Shown here: piece by piece, positions 9,789 through 19,651 of the stretch
How the letters are laid out: every line of letters begins with the position of its first letter
How positions within the stretch are numbered: position 1 is the stretch's first letter
NCBI GenBank assembly: GCA_902765365.1
Contig: CACWZK010000001.1
Span: 1-54,159, forward strand
Length of the DNA stretch: 54,159 nt
Direction: 5' to 3'
Source: an uncultured Lachnospiraceae bacterium
Lineage (GTDB): Bacteria; Bacillota; Clostridia; Lachnospirales; Lachnospiraceae
Program-made: the position numbers and the translations under genes
The notes under the pieces: model-generated
Told to the model about the DNA's origin: nothing
The model's input: the letters and a program-made list of their open reading frames with translations, nothing else
The model's database searches: none

Positions 9789-10730
9789 ATGACACCGTTT
9801 GAAAAATACGGCAAACTGCATGTTGAGGGGAAAAACCTTGTTGATGCAAACGGCAATACTATTCAGTTAAAAGGCATCAGCACGCATAATTTAAACGAAT
9901 ACCCTCAGTATGTCAACGAGGAAGCTTTTAAACAGTTTCGCGATGATTACAAAGTGAGCATCATGCGTCTGGCCATGTATTCGGGATTTGCCGACAACCA
10001 CGAGGGTTATGCGGATTCGAACGATGAACACAGAGCGGAACTTGAAAAGATAATTCTTGACGGCGCGGACCTTTGCAGAAAACTCGGTCTCTACTGTATG
10101 ATCGACTGGCATATTCTTTTAGACTACGACCCGAATATGCACACGGATATGGCCATCAGATTTTTCAAAAACATTTGTCCGAAACTTACCGGTTACGACA
10201 ATGTCATTTATGAAATCTGCAACGAGCCCAACATGAACCTTGAGACCAAGGAAGAAGTCACCTGGGACGACATTAAACGTTATGCGAATCAGGTAATTCC
10301 GATCATAAAAGAAATAGACGAATCCAAGATAATCATAGTCGGAACCACCATCTGGTCACAGGGCGTGGACGAGGCTGCGGATGCTCCTCTTGACTATGAA
10401 AATATAATGTATACCCTGCATTTTTATGCGGACACCCATCGCGATAAACTGCGCGATAAATTTAAATACGCCAGAAGCAAGGATCTTCCGGTATTTGTTA
10501 CAGAGTTTGGCGTCGGAAGAGCCGACGGAGACGGAGATATCAATGAGGAACAGTCCGAAATCTGGATTAACCTTCTTAACGAAGAAAAGATCAGTCATAT
10601 TATTTGGAATTTGTCCAACAAAGACGAAACGTCTTCCATCATTTCCGCCAAGTGCGATAAAACTTCAGGTTTTACAGACGAAGATTTATCCCCATGCGGA
10701 CTTATGATGAAGAGTATTATGAGAAGATAA
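9789..10730 (+). CDS. Glycoside hydrolase family 5 (endoglucanase-like), no signal peptide
   Basis: LKGISTH, RLAMY, IDWH, YEICNEP (acid/base), HFYA, VTEFG (nucleophile). Confidence 0.9.
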   Translation: MTPFEKYGKLHVEGKNLVDANGNTIQLKGISTHNLNEYPQYVNEEAFKQFRDDYKVSIMRLAMYSGFADNHEGYADSNDEHRAELEKIILDGADLCRKLGLYCMIDWHILLDYDPNMHTDMAIRFFKNICPKLTGYDNVIYEICNEPNMNLETKEEVTWDDIKRYANQVIPIIKEIDESKIIIVGTTIWSQGVDEAADAPLDYENIMYTLHFYADTHRDKLRDKFKYARSKDLPVFVTEFGVGRADGDGDINEEQSEIWINLLNEEKISHIIWNLSNKDETSSIISAKCDKTSGFTDEDLSPCGLMMKSIMRR

Positions 10731-10760
10731 AACATATTGAACTGAAACAGAGGATTTGGC

Positions 10761-12344
10761 ATGTCATATCTGGCATTGTATCGTAAGTTCAGACCGCAGA
10801 CTTTTGATGAAGTCAGAGGTCAGGACGCGATAGTAACCACCCTGAAAAATCAAATAATTCAAAACCGAATCGGACATGCGTATCTTTTCTGCGGTACCAG
10901 AGGAACGGGTAAAACCACACTTGCCAAGATTATGGCAAAAGCGGTTAACTGCGAACATCCCGTAAACGGAAATCCCTGCATGGAATGCGAGACCTGCAAG
11001 GCAATTGCAAACGGTACGTCGCTTAACATGATCGAGATGGATGCGGCGTCCAACAGAGGTATCGAAAAAATCCGCGAACTTATCAATGAAGTGGATTACA
11101 GACCGGTCAGCGGTAAATATAAGGTTTATATTATCGATGAAGCGCACAATCTTACGAACGAGGCTTTTAACGCTCTTTTAAAAACGATAGAAGAACCGCC
11201 CGAGCATGTGATTTTCATCCTGGCAACGACCGAAGCACATCAGATAATTCCCACAATCATGTCCCGTTGTCAGAGATATGATTTTAGGAGAATTCCCCTT
11301 GAAACTATCGCAGGCAGAATGCGTGAACTGACAGATAAGGAAAACGTATCCGCTACGGATGAAGCGTTAAGATATGTGGCCAAGGCGGCAGACGGTTCGA
11401 TGCGTGACGGTTTGTCTCTTTTAGACCAGTGCATTGCCTTTTATCCGAAGGAAGAGCTGACACTCGACAAAGTTTTGGTGGCACTCGGAGCGGTAAAGAC
11501 AGATATTTACTCAAAGGTTTTCAATGACTGTATGTCTCAAAATGTGACGGCGGTTATAAGAGACCTTGAGGAAGTGGTGACTGCAGGTACGGAAATAAAC
11601 AGATTTGTTGCGGATTTCACCTGGTACCTGAGAAATCTGATGATCATAAAAAGTTCCGATGCGCCCGAAAAGATACTGGACGTAACGAGCGAGAGTTTCG
11701 CCGAAATGAAGGCGGACAGCGAAAAGTGCGAACTGCAGACCATAATGCGTTTTATCAGAATTCTCTCGGAACTGACGGGTGCGCTTAAGACGACCACTCA
11801 GGCAAGAGTTCTGACGGAGATGACGTTAATTAAACTCTGCATACCCCAGATGGACCGAAAGCCCGATGCCTTAATGGACAGAATCAGAAGCATCGAAAAG
11901 AAACTTGAAACAGGAGCATTTGTGGTTGCGGATTCACAGGCAGGGGGAGCAAATACACCTTCAGCCCCTCAGGAAAAAAAGATTGAACTTCCCGCTGCGA
12001 TTCCTGCCGATATTCAGCAGATAGCGGACGAATGGAGTTCGATGGCGGATAATGCGGAGGCTCTTTTAAAGGGTTTTATGATAAAAGTAAAATGCTCGAT
12101 GGATGTCGCAAAGCCGAATGTGCTTATTCTGGCCTGCCCTTCGAAAATGACTTACGAAGGTCTGAAAGATCCGGAGAGAGCGAAAGTTTTACAGGGAATA
12201 TTAAACGAACGCGTCAGAAAAGAAGTTGTCTATGAACTGGTGCTGGATGAGAACGGATCGAAGTACGATACGATTTCGAATTCCAAGAAGCCGAACATGG
12301 AGATAGACGAGTCGGACGATGATTTTCCCAAGGAAGTTTTTTAA
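10761..12344 (+). CDS. dnaX: DNA polymerase III subunit tau/gamma
   Basis: YRKFRPQTF, GTRGTGKTT, Zn-binding cysteines, DAASNRG, IIDEAH, SRCQR. Confidence 0.97.
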   Translation: MSYLALYRKFRPQTFDEVRGQDAIVTTLKNQIIQNRIGHAYLFCGTRGTGKTTLAKIMAKAVNCEHPVNGNPCMECETCKAIANGTSLNMIEMDAASNRGIEKIRELINEVDYRPVSGKYKVYIIDEAHNLTNEAFNALLKTIEEPPEHVIFILATTEAHQIIPTIMSRCQRYDFRRIPLETIAGRMRELTDKENVSATDEALRYVAKAADGSMRDGLSLLDQCIAFYPKEELTLDKVLVALGAVKTDIYSKVFNDCMSQNVTAVIRDLEEVVTAGTEINRFVADFTWYLRNLMIIKSSDAPEKILDVTSESFAEMKADSEKCELQTIMRFIRILSELTGALKTTTQARVLTEMTLIKLCIPQMDRKPDALMDRIRSIEKKLETGAFVVADSQAGGANTPSAPQEKKIELPAAIPADIQQIADEWSSMADNAEALLKGFMIKVKCSMDVAKPNVLILACPSKMTYEGLKDPERAKVLQGILNERVRKEVVYELVLDENGSKYDTISNSKKPNMEIDESDDDFPKEVF

Positions 12345-12373
12345 AAGATTATAATTTCAGGAGGAATAAAGAA

Positions 12374-12724
12374 ATGGCAAAAAGAGGCGGATACCCCGGA
12401 GGAATGATGCCCGGCAATATGAACAATCTGATGAAGCAGGCTCAGAGAATGCAGCGTCAGATGGAAGAAAACCAGAAGGCAATGGAAACCAGGGAATTCA
12501 CTGCTACAGCAGGCGGTAATGCCATAAGCATCACCATGACCGGCAAAAGAGAAGTGAAAAATGTAACCATTAATCCCGAGGTTGTGGATCCCGAAGATGT
12601 GGAAGATCTTCAGGATTTAATCATGGCCTGCATGAACGATATTTTAACTCAGATTGAAGAAGCCAATAACGAAGCGGTTAATTCAATGACCGGCGGTATG
12701 AATTTCGGCGGACTCAACTTCTAA
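12374..12724 (+). CDS. ybaB: YbaB/EbfC nucleoid-associated protein
   Basis: NLMKQAQRMQ, VDPEDVEDLQDLI; dnaX-ybaB-recR synteny. Confidence 0.93.
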   Translation: MAKRGGYPGGMMPGNMNNLMKQAQRMQRQMEENQKAMETREFTATAGGNAISITMTGKREVKNVTINPEVVDPEDVEDLQDLIMACMNDILTQIEEANNEAVNSMTGGMNFGGLNF

Positions 12725-12727
12725 AAA

Positions 12728-13324
12728 ATGGAAATAAACAGCGGATACATAAACAGATTAATAGAAGAACTCGAGAGGCTTCCGGGAATCGGAAACAAAT
12801 CGGCTCAGCGAATGGCTTATTACATTGTCAGCCTTCCGAACGAACGTGTTGAGAAACTGACGTCGGCCATAGACAATGCAAAAAAGCATACGCATTACTG
12901 CAAAGAATGTCTTACGATGACCGATTCCGAGCTTTGCCCGGTCTGCGCCGACAAGCAGAGGGATCATAAAACCATTATGGTTGTCGAAAATCCCAGAGAC
13001 CTGGCAGCATACGAGAAAACAGGCAAGTACAGAGGTGTTTACCATGTGCTTCACGGAGCCATTTCTCCGATGCTTGGCATAGGACCTGCGGATATCAGAT
13101 TAAAAGAACTGATTTCCAGGCTTGAAGGCGATATCGATGAAGTAATCATCGCAACAAACGCTTCGCTTGAGGGCGAAACCACCGCGATGTATATCAGCAA
13201 ACTCATCAAGCCCACCGGCATCAAAGTCACGAGAATTGCCTCGGGAGTACCTGTCGGCGGTGATATCGAGTATATTGACGAAGTCACTCTTCTTCGTGCG
13301 CTCGAAGGAAGAGTAGAATTATAA
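12728..13324 (+). CDS. recR: Recombination mediator RecR
   Basis: LPGIGNKSAQR HhH, C4 zinc finger, YHVLHG, EGETTA, RIASGVPVG. Confidence 0.97.
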   Translation: MEINSGYINRLIEELERLPGIGNKSAQRMAYYIVSLPNERVEKLTSAIDNAKKHTHYCKECLTMTDSELCPVCADKQRDHKTIMVVENPRDLAAYEKTGKYRGVYHVLHGAISPMLGIGPADIRLKELISRLEGDIDEVIIATNASLEGETTAMYISKLIKPTGIKVTRIASGVPVGGDIEYIDEVTLLRALEGRVEL

Positions 13325-13347
13325 AAATATCTTTTAGGAGGGTAAAA

Positions 13348-14403
13348 ATGGGCGTTACAGTTAAAGAATTCGGAAAAGGACCTAACGGTGAGGATTTATT
13401 TAAATATACCATGAAAAACGAAAACGGAACCGAGCTTTCCGTTATCAATTTCGGATGTATTATCACGGATTTTCTTTTTGCGGGCAAGGACGGAAAAGTC
13501 AGAGACGTAATCCTCGGGTATGAAGACGTAAAGGATTATTTTACGGACGACAAGTGCTTCGGAGCCATCGTAGGACCCGTTGCCAACAGAACTGCGGATG
13601 CAAGTTTTGAGATTGACGGAACCGAGTACAAACTCGAGGTAAACGACAACGGAAGAAACAATCTTCATACCGCAAGACTCGGCTCTCTGCAGAAGAGAGT
13701 ATGGGCCGCAGAAGTCGGAGAAACAAGCGTTACATTCACAATCGACAAAGCCGATATGGATCTGGGCCTTCCCGGAAACCTTAAGGCAAAGGTTGTTTAT
13801 ACACTTACCGAAGAAGATGAAATCAAGATTGATTATGATGTAACCACGGACAAAAAGACCATCATCAACATGACCAATCATACATATTTCAACTTAAACG
13901 GACATGATTCGGGAAGCATTTTGGGCGAATCCATCGTTTTCAATGCTGACTGCTTCCTTCCCGTTGATGACGAAAGCATCCCTACCGGCGAAATCAAAAA
14001 AGTCGCAGGAACTCCCATGGATTTCACCGTTGCAAAGAAGATCGGCGATCAGCTTGATATGAACTATGAGCAGCTTGCCTTTACAAACGGATTTGACCAT
14101 AACTACTGCATTAACGACTGGGACGGAAGCTTAAAGGTTGCGGCTACCGTATTTGACGATGAGTCCGGAATCGTAATGGAAACACTTACGGATTTACCCG
14201 GCGTTCAGTTCTACATCGGCAACTATGTCGGCGGAGAAAAGGGCAAAAACGGCGCGATATATGCAAAACGTCAGGGACTCTGCCTTGAGAGCCAGTACTT
14301 CCCCAACAGTGCCAAGGATCCCAACTTTGCAAGACCTTTGTTTGACGAGAACAAGGGCTTTAAGTCAACCACAATTTACAGATTCAGCACAATCGCAGAT
14401 TAA
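13348..14403 (+). CDS. galM: Aldose 1-epimerase
   Basis: GPVANR, NLH, NMTNHTYFNL, FDHNY, PGVQFY, CLESQ. Confidence 0.93.
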   Translation: MGVTVKEFGKGPNGEDLFKYTMKNENGTELSVINFGCIITDFLFAGKDGKVRDVILGYEDVKDYFTDDKCFGAIVGPVANRTADASFEIDGTEYKLEVNDNGRNNLHTARLGSLQKRVWAAEVGETSVTFTIDKADMDLGLPGNLKAKVVYTLTEEDEIKIDYDVTTDKKTIINMTNHTYFNLNGHDSGSILGESIVFNADCFLPVDDESIPTGEIKKVAGTPMDFTVAKKIGDQLDMNYEQLAFTNGFDHNYCINDWDGSLKVAATVFDDESGIVMETLTDLPGVQFYIGNYVGGEKGKNGAIYAKRQGLCLESQYFPNSAKDPNFARPLFDENKGFKSTTIYRFSTIAD

Positions 14404-14469
14404 CTCATAAAAGAAATAAACCGGAGAAAAGTGAATTCTTTCAGGGATTCACGCATCAATCAGTAACCG

Positions 14470-15720
14470 ATGAAAAAAGAGAACGGAAACATTAAACAAT
14501 TTAAAAAGAGCGATACGAAAAAGAACGCGCCCCAAAAAGGTACGGCCAAAAAAGACAATCTCTTCGCGGATTTTAACAAAAAACGTGCCGGCCATGAAGT
14601 AAGCAAAATGATGTGGGTATTTATAATCGTTTTGGCTTTGTTCTTAATTGCCGCGGTTGGCTTCGTGGCAGCAAGGGTATTTTTTATAAACAAGGAATAC
14701 ACGAGCGTAAGCGAGGTTTCTTCGACGGAGTTCTTTATATCCACGGGTTCGAAGGTCGAAAGATTCGGCAATAATTTCATCGTTTACAATTCGGACGGTA
14801 TAAAATGTGTCAATTACAAGGGCGAGCAGATCTGGAACGAAGCTTTCCAGATGCAGAAGCCTCTGGTCGATATATCAAACGGTATTGTTGCGGTGGCCGA
14901 TTACAACGGCGGCAGCATTTTCTTAATGGATGAAAAAAATGTCCTCGGAAAAATCGACACAGGTATGCCCATTCGTAAGTTCAAGGCCGCCGGAAACGGC
15001 TATGTTATGGCGGTTTTGGACGGAGACGACAATACGCCCATCTACATTTACGACACTGCCGGCGAGGAAAAGATTTTCTTTAACACGACGATGAAAGGAT
15101 ACGGATATCCGCTTGAGATAGCCATTTCCGACAACGGTATACTCGGTGCGGTATCGTATCTTAATGTCGACAAGGGTTCGTTCTATACTTCTGTCGGATT
15201 CTATAATTTCGGTCAGGTCGGACAGAATTCACAGGACAGCTTGATGTCGAGCTATATATATGAGAGTGCGCTGGTTCCGGAAATCAAATTCGCAGGAAAC
15301 AACAAAGCCGTGGCCGTAGCCGACAACAGACTTATGTTTTATAACGGAGATCAGAAGCCTCAGAGTTCCGGCGAAATCCTCATCTCGGAGAAAATACTTT
15401 CGGTACACGAGGACGACAAATATGTGGTTCTTTTCTTTGCGAGCGATGACGGCGAGCACAAGTACAAAGCCGAGATTTATGATTATGATGCGAAATTAAA
15501 AGACAAGATGTATTTCGACGTCGATTTTTCGGATGTTTTCATTGATGATAACAGAATCGTTTTATATAACGGCGAAGAAGTTTTAATTCATATGATAGGC
15601 GGCAAAGACAAGTTTGTCGGAAACTTTGAAGATGCGATACTGGCACTTATACCCACATCTTCACCCAAGAGATTTATTCAGGTTACACCTGACGATATAA
15701 AAACCATCGAGTTCAATTAA
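14470..15720 (+). CDS. Single-TM protein with beta-rich extracellular domain (DUF5711-like)
   Basis: Basic N-tail, one TM helix, repeated beta-strand pattern. Family call is by resemblance. Confidence 0.6.
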   Translation: MKKENGNIKQFKKSDTKKNAPQKGTAKKDNLFADFNKKRAGHEVSKMMWVFIIVLALFLIAAVGFVAARVFFINKEYTSVSEVSSTEFFISTGSKVERFGNNFIVYNSDGIKCVNYKGEQIWNEAFQMQKPLVDISNGIVAVADYNGGSIFLMDEKNVLGKIDTGMPIRKFKAAGNGYVMAVLDGDDNTPIYIYDTAGEEKIFFNTTMKGYGYPLEIAISDNGILGAVSYLNVDKGSFYTSVGFYNFGQVGQNSQDSLMSSYIYESALVPEIKFAGNNKAVAVADNRLMFYNGDQKPQSSGEILISEKILSVHEDDKYVVLFFASDDGEHKYKAEIYDYDAKLKDKMYFDVDFSDVFIDDNRIVLYNGEEVLIHMIGGKDKFVGNFEDAILALIPTSSPKRFIQVTPDDIKTIEFN

Positions 15721-15722
15721 TT

Positions 15723-16367
15723 ATGGAAAACAAAGAAAGCGGTTTCCTTCCTCCCAAGGGGGTGGACGGGCGTTACAAAGACATAATGCTTCTTCATATC
15801 CAGGGCCTTGTTCTGGTTCTGGTTTTAATTGTTGCGCTTGCGGCTTCGTTTTCCATTATCGGCAGGTCAATCATTTCCATGGTTATGGATTCGTACGGCA
15901 GTTCGGTAAATCCCGATGATATCGGAATGGTGCTGGATGTTTACGGACTGGGCGGAATGGCTCAGACCGGATTAAAAATTTTCTCGGCCGTAACGGGAGC
16001 GCTCGGAGTATTGAGCTATATAGCGGCTTTCGCATCTCTTGTGGCTGCAATTTTTATTATCTTTCGCATGAAACAGAGAATCTCTGAGATTGTCGATGAT
16101 TCCGCGCCGTATGAAAATCCCGTCCGCGTTAAAAAAGCGGCGTTCGTATGGCTCGGCTTTCTGCTCGGAGCGTACGGCGGACATCTTTTTGCATTAAAAA
16201 AGAAGAAGGCCTGGGTTTTCCTTCTTCTCGGTATTCTCGGAATGCAGATAGTTCCGTTGTTTATTTATACTTCGGGCATCAGCTTTGCGGATGCTTTTAT
16301 GGCCTGCTTTATCGAAAAAGATGAAGAGGGCTTTATCGAAATGGAAGATTATCCTTACTGGATTTGA
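15723..16367 (+). CDS. Membrane protein with C-terminal TM2-like domain
   Basis: KKAAFVWLGFLLGAYGGHLF resembles the TM2 motif; several TM helices. Confidence 0.5.
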   Translation: MENKESGFLPPKGVDGRYKDIMLLHIQGLVLVLVLIVALAASFSIIGRSIISMVMDSYGSSVNPDDIGMVLDVYGLGGMAQTGLKIFSAVTGALGVLSYIAAFASLVAAIFIIFRMKQRISEIVDDSAPYENPVRVKKAAFVWLGFLLGAYGGHLFALKKKKAWVFLLLGILGMQIVPLFIYTSGISFADAFMACFIEKDEEGFIEMEDYPYWI

Positions 16368-18778
16368 TCTTTCTTTTCTTCTTTATCTTCTTTCTTTTCC
16401 CCTGCGATAAAACGAATAATAGAATCACTCATCAGATAAATTCCTTCGAAGTTCGGGTGAACTTCGTCTAAAAGATACGTTTCGTAATTATCCTCATTTA
16501 TTTCAATTATATTAAGAGAATCAATCCACTCCGTGCCAAGCTTTTCGGATATAAATTTACCCATATCGCGGTAACTCTGAAGAGGTGCACCCACATCCGA
16601 CATTATGCGTTCTCCGGCCTCGAAGTAATTGGTGTAAATAGGAGACAGAATGAAAATCTTGGCGTCGGGATATGTGGATTTAAGTTTTATGATACCGTCG
16701 GTCATTGATGCTTCGTACGAGTCGTAGGCATAATCCATGTAAGGAGTACCGGTATTGACATGAACGGGAACTCCCATAAAATAATCATTCACTCCGTAGT
16801 TGACTACAAAATAAAGTTCTTTGTTTTCATCGTGTTCATCTTCAAAACGGCTTAGTTCTTTTATGAAATCTTCATCTTCTATATCTGATAAAGAAGCACT
16901 TCCGAGAAATGCGTCGACCAGTCTGTTAAAATCGGCTATGGCACTCGTTCCGCCGATGCCGAGATTCAAAGTATCGGCACCCGAAAGACTTTCTGACTCG
17001 CCAGGAATCGTGAGAGGGCCGTGATAATTGCCCATAATACTGTCTCCGAAGAATACGATTTCTTTTCCGGACAAATCGGGATATTTTATGTCTTCTTTGA
17101 CAATATCCAAAAGAACTTCTTTGTCGTCGGCAAAGGAAGTTTTATCCACGGGGTATTTAAGATTGCATGTTGTCAGTACAAGAAGGTTTAAAGCCACATC
17201 GGAAACCGGAACACCGTCTGCGTAATTGTCCGGACTCTCAATCAGCCATTTGTTGTTTCCGGGCCAGTACATGCGAAGGTTATCGTTGTGAGTCAGCGTT
17301 TTGATGCAGGACTCGTAGTCATCGAGGGCCTGATTTCTTGCGTCCTCGCTTAAACCTTTCCAGTAAGATATCTCGGGATAGGAAAGAATCGCATAAAAGA
17401 AAACATCGGGATACTTTTCTATCATTTTATTAAAATATTCAAACTCCGCTTTGCCGTCACCTTTTATGAACGTTACGGGATCGATTTCAAAGAATGCATA
17501 TTTAAGACCGTCTTTTGCCACTGCCTTATCAAGCAGCACGTTTGTGTCTTCGTATTCGATATCCGAGGGCGTTATAAAGATGGGCGTGGTTCCGAAGAAA
17601 TCAGGAAATTTGCCGGCATCTTCAATCGATGAGCCAAGAAAACTGTAGTAAAAACTGTCGTATTTTTCGGATGCCAGGCGCACCATATTGTTCTGGAAAA
17701 TACGGTCGTCAAAATAATCAAAGTTTTTATAGGAATAAACGGTATATTTTGCATCGGAGTAAGCGACTTCACCGAATTTCAAAGCAAGAGAAGAAGAGTA
17801 TTTTTGTACGGTTCCGTTATCATAGATCATGTAAAAAGGCTTTGACTCTCTTGATACTCTTTCATAGGGGGTGGGAAGCGTATCTTCTTTTATTTCGACA
17901 CTCGTCAAATCTTCGGGAGATACAACCGGCGCGATTTCAACCTTTTCGTTTCCGACTACGGCGATTTCGTTGATAATCGTATCCGTACAGTAAGCAAGCC
18001 TGATTCCGTTTGCATTAAGATAATCGATTAACGGTTTATAATCGTTTGTGATGTCAATCGCCTCTTCTTTTGCCGACAGATTGACTGATAAAAGATCCGA
18101 ATTGTCAAACGAATACTTCCCTTTCATATCGTGCATATAAACGCCGATAACGATAACCGGAACAACCGCGAGAAGAGATATAATTATTTTAAAAGGAACG
18201 GGCACTTTAAACCTGATGCCGTGAATTATAAGGCCTAAGCATATAAGCACGGGAATAAAAATCGTTAATATGTAATTAACGTCATAAACCGCCTTAAGAC
18301 CGATGATTGCAAGAGGGATTGCGGGAATTGATGCTATTATATATGTATAGAATTTCTTTGCGTGAAGGGAAGTGACAAAGAAAATATAAGCGGCACAAAA
18401 GATTGCATACACAGCAGTTACGGATTTTAAAAGAGCATCCTGCCAGGTCGCAAAATCGCTTAGATAATATGTAAGAAAATATCTGGTGGAAAAAGGTATA
18501 AAAGGCTTTGTGGAAATAAAGCCTTCGGCAAAGTCATGAGAATTGTGTTCAACAAGATATTTAACGAATGCGAGTTCGTCCACAAAATCCTTTGTGAGAA
18601 CCGGGGAAAAATTGCTTCGAAAAACCAGATAGGGAATTGCCAAAGCTGCAATCGGAAACAAATAAAAAAGAAGAATAAAAAGGATATTAAGAACCTTTTT
18701 TTCATCTTTTTCACCGTGCCTTTTTTTGGAAGGCGAGGACTTTCTTCTTATATTAACTGCATCTTTTCTTTTTTCCAT
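16355..18778 (-). CDS. Multi-TM protein with C-terminal SGNH/GDSL hydrolase domain
   Basis: FFGDSI, NLGIGGT, YGVNDY, DEVHPN blocks; 5-6 N-terminal TM segments. Start placed at ATG 18778. Confidence 0.8.
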   Translation of the reverse strand: MEKRKDAVNIRRKSSPSKKRHGEKDEKKVLNILFILLFYLFPIAALAIPYLVFRSNFSPVLTKDFVDELAFVKYLVEHNSHDFAEGFISTKPFIPFSTRYFLTYYLSDFATWQDALLKSVTAVYAIFCAAYIFFVTSLHAKKFYTYIIASIPAIPLAIIGLKAVYDVNYILTIFIPVLICLGLIIHGIRFKVPVPFKIIISLLAVVPVIVIGVYMHDMKGKYSFDNSDLLSVNLSAKEEAIDITNDYKPLIDYLNANGIRLAYCTDTIINEIAVVGNEKVEIAPVVSPEDLTSVEIKEDTLPTPYERVSRESKPFYMIYDNGTVQKYSSSLALKFGEVAYSDAKYTVYSYKNFDYFDDRIFQNNMVRLASEKYDSFYYSFLGSSIEDAGKFPDFFGTTPIFITPSDIEYEDTNVLLDKAVAKDGLKYAFFEIDPVTFIKGDGKAEFEYFNKMIEKYPDVFFYAILSYPEISYWKGLSEDARNQALDDYESCIKTLTHNDNLRMYWPGNNKWLIESPDNYADGVPVSDVALNLLVLTTCNLKYPVDKTSFADDKEVLLDIVKEDIKYPDLSGKEIVFFGDSIMGNYHGPLTIPGESESLSGADTLNLGIGGTSAIADFNRLVDAFLGSASLSDIEDEDFIKELSRFEDEHDENKELYFVVNYGVNDYFMGVPVHVNTGTPYMDYAYDSYEASMTDGIIKLKSTYPDAKIFILSPIYTNYFEAGERIMSDVGAPLQSYRDMGKFISEKLGTEWIDSLNIIEINEDNYETYLLDEVHPNFEGIYLMSDSIIRFIAGEKKEDKEEKKDQIQ

Positions 18779-18813
18779 ATGTATATAATATCTTTTTTCG
18801 AAGTGTATTTCAA
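18779..18813 (-). promoter_or_regulatory. Sigma70/A promoter positioned for a leaderless SGNH transcript
   Basis: Minus strand reads TTGAAA-17 nt-TATTAT-6 nt-ATG, with no SD. Confidence 0.55.
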
Positions 18814-18914
18814 CAACGCATATTGCAATTAGCACTTTAACTGTGCTAAACTTGATAGTGCATTAATATATAATGATTATTTACCTAAAACAATTATGAA
18901 AGGGGAAAATAAAA

Positions 18915-19568
18915 ATGAAATGTAGTAGTTGTGGATTTGAATTTGAAGGCGGTAAGTTCTGTCCTCAGTGCGGCGCTAAGGTTGAAGAAGCTGTAGCTGA
19001 AGCGGTAGCGGCAGCAGAACCCGTAGTAGAAGCAACAGCAGAACCCGTTGCAGAAGCAGTAGAAGCAGCAGCAGAACCTGTAGTTGAGGCAGCAGAGCCT
19101 GTAGTTGAGGCAACAACAACAGCAGCAGGTGCGGAAGCAGGCACAATGCCCGTTTACACAGATTACAGTTCTTATGACAATGCAGAAGAGAAGAAAGGAA
19201 TCAATGCTCTCGGTTTGGTAGCTATGATTCTCGGTATTGTATCAATCGTTCTTCTTCTTTGCGGATGTTGCTTAGGTGGAACAACAGTTGGTGCGGTTGT
19301 TAAGTTCATTTTAATCGGAATCAGACTGATTATGTCTCTCGTTGCTATTATCTTAGGTATTGTAGGAATGAAGAAGAGACCCGATCAGAAGGGTATGGCA
19401 ATCGCAGGCCTGGTTCTCGGTATTTTAGGATTACTCCTTGGCGGATTAAGCCTTATTCTTACGATAGCAGGTCTTGTCGGCAAGGCAGCTCTCAGCGGAA
19501 TTACAAGCACACCCGATTTCCAGAATTATCTTGAAGAATTACAGGATTCACTTGAATCAACATATTAA
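18915..19568 (+). CDS. Zinc-ribbon plus DUF4190-like membrane protein with acidic repeat linker
   Basis: CSSC...CPQCG, (A/E)EPVVEA repeats, KGMAIAGLVLGI motif. Confidence 0.7.
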   Translation: MKCSSCGFEFEGGKFCPQCGAKVEEAVAEAVAAAEPVVEATAEPVAEAVEAAAEPVVEAAEPVVEATTTAAGAEAGTMPVYTDYSSYDNAEEKKGINALGLVAMILGIVSIVLLLCGCCLGGTTVGAVVKFILIGIRLIMSLVAIILGIVGMKKRPDQKGMAIAGLVLGILGLLLGGLSLILTIAGLVGKAALSGITSTPDFQNYLEELQDSLESTY

Positions 19569-19594
19569 TATAAGAAAAAAGATATAAAAACTTT

Positions 19595-19637
19595 AAGCGG
19601 AAATTCTTCATTTATATATAATGAAGAATTTCTGTTT
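19595..19637 (+). terminator. Long AT-rich hairpin / possible terminator
   Basis: AAGCGGAAATTCTTCATT...AATGAAGAATTTCTGTTT. Confidence 0.55.
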
Positions 19638-19651
19638 ATAAAGGAGATAAA

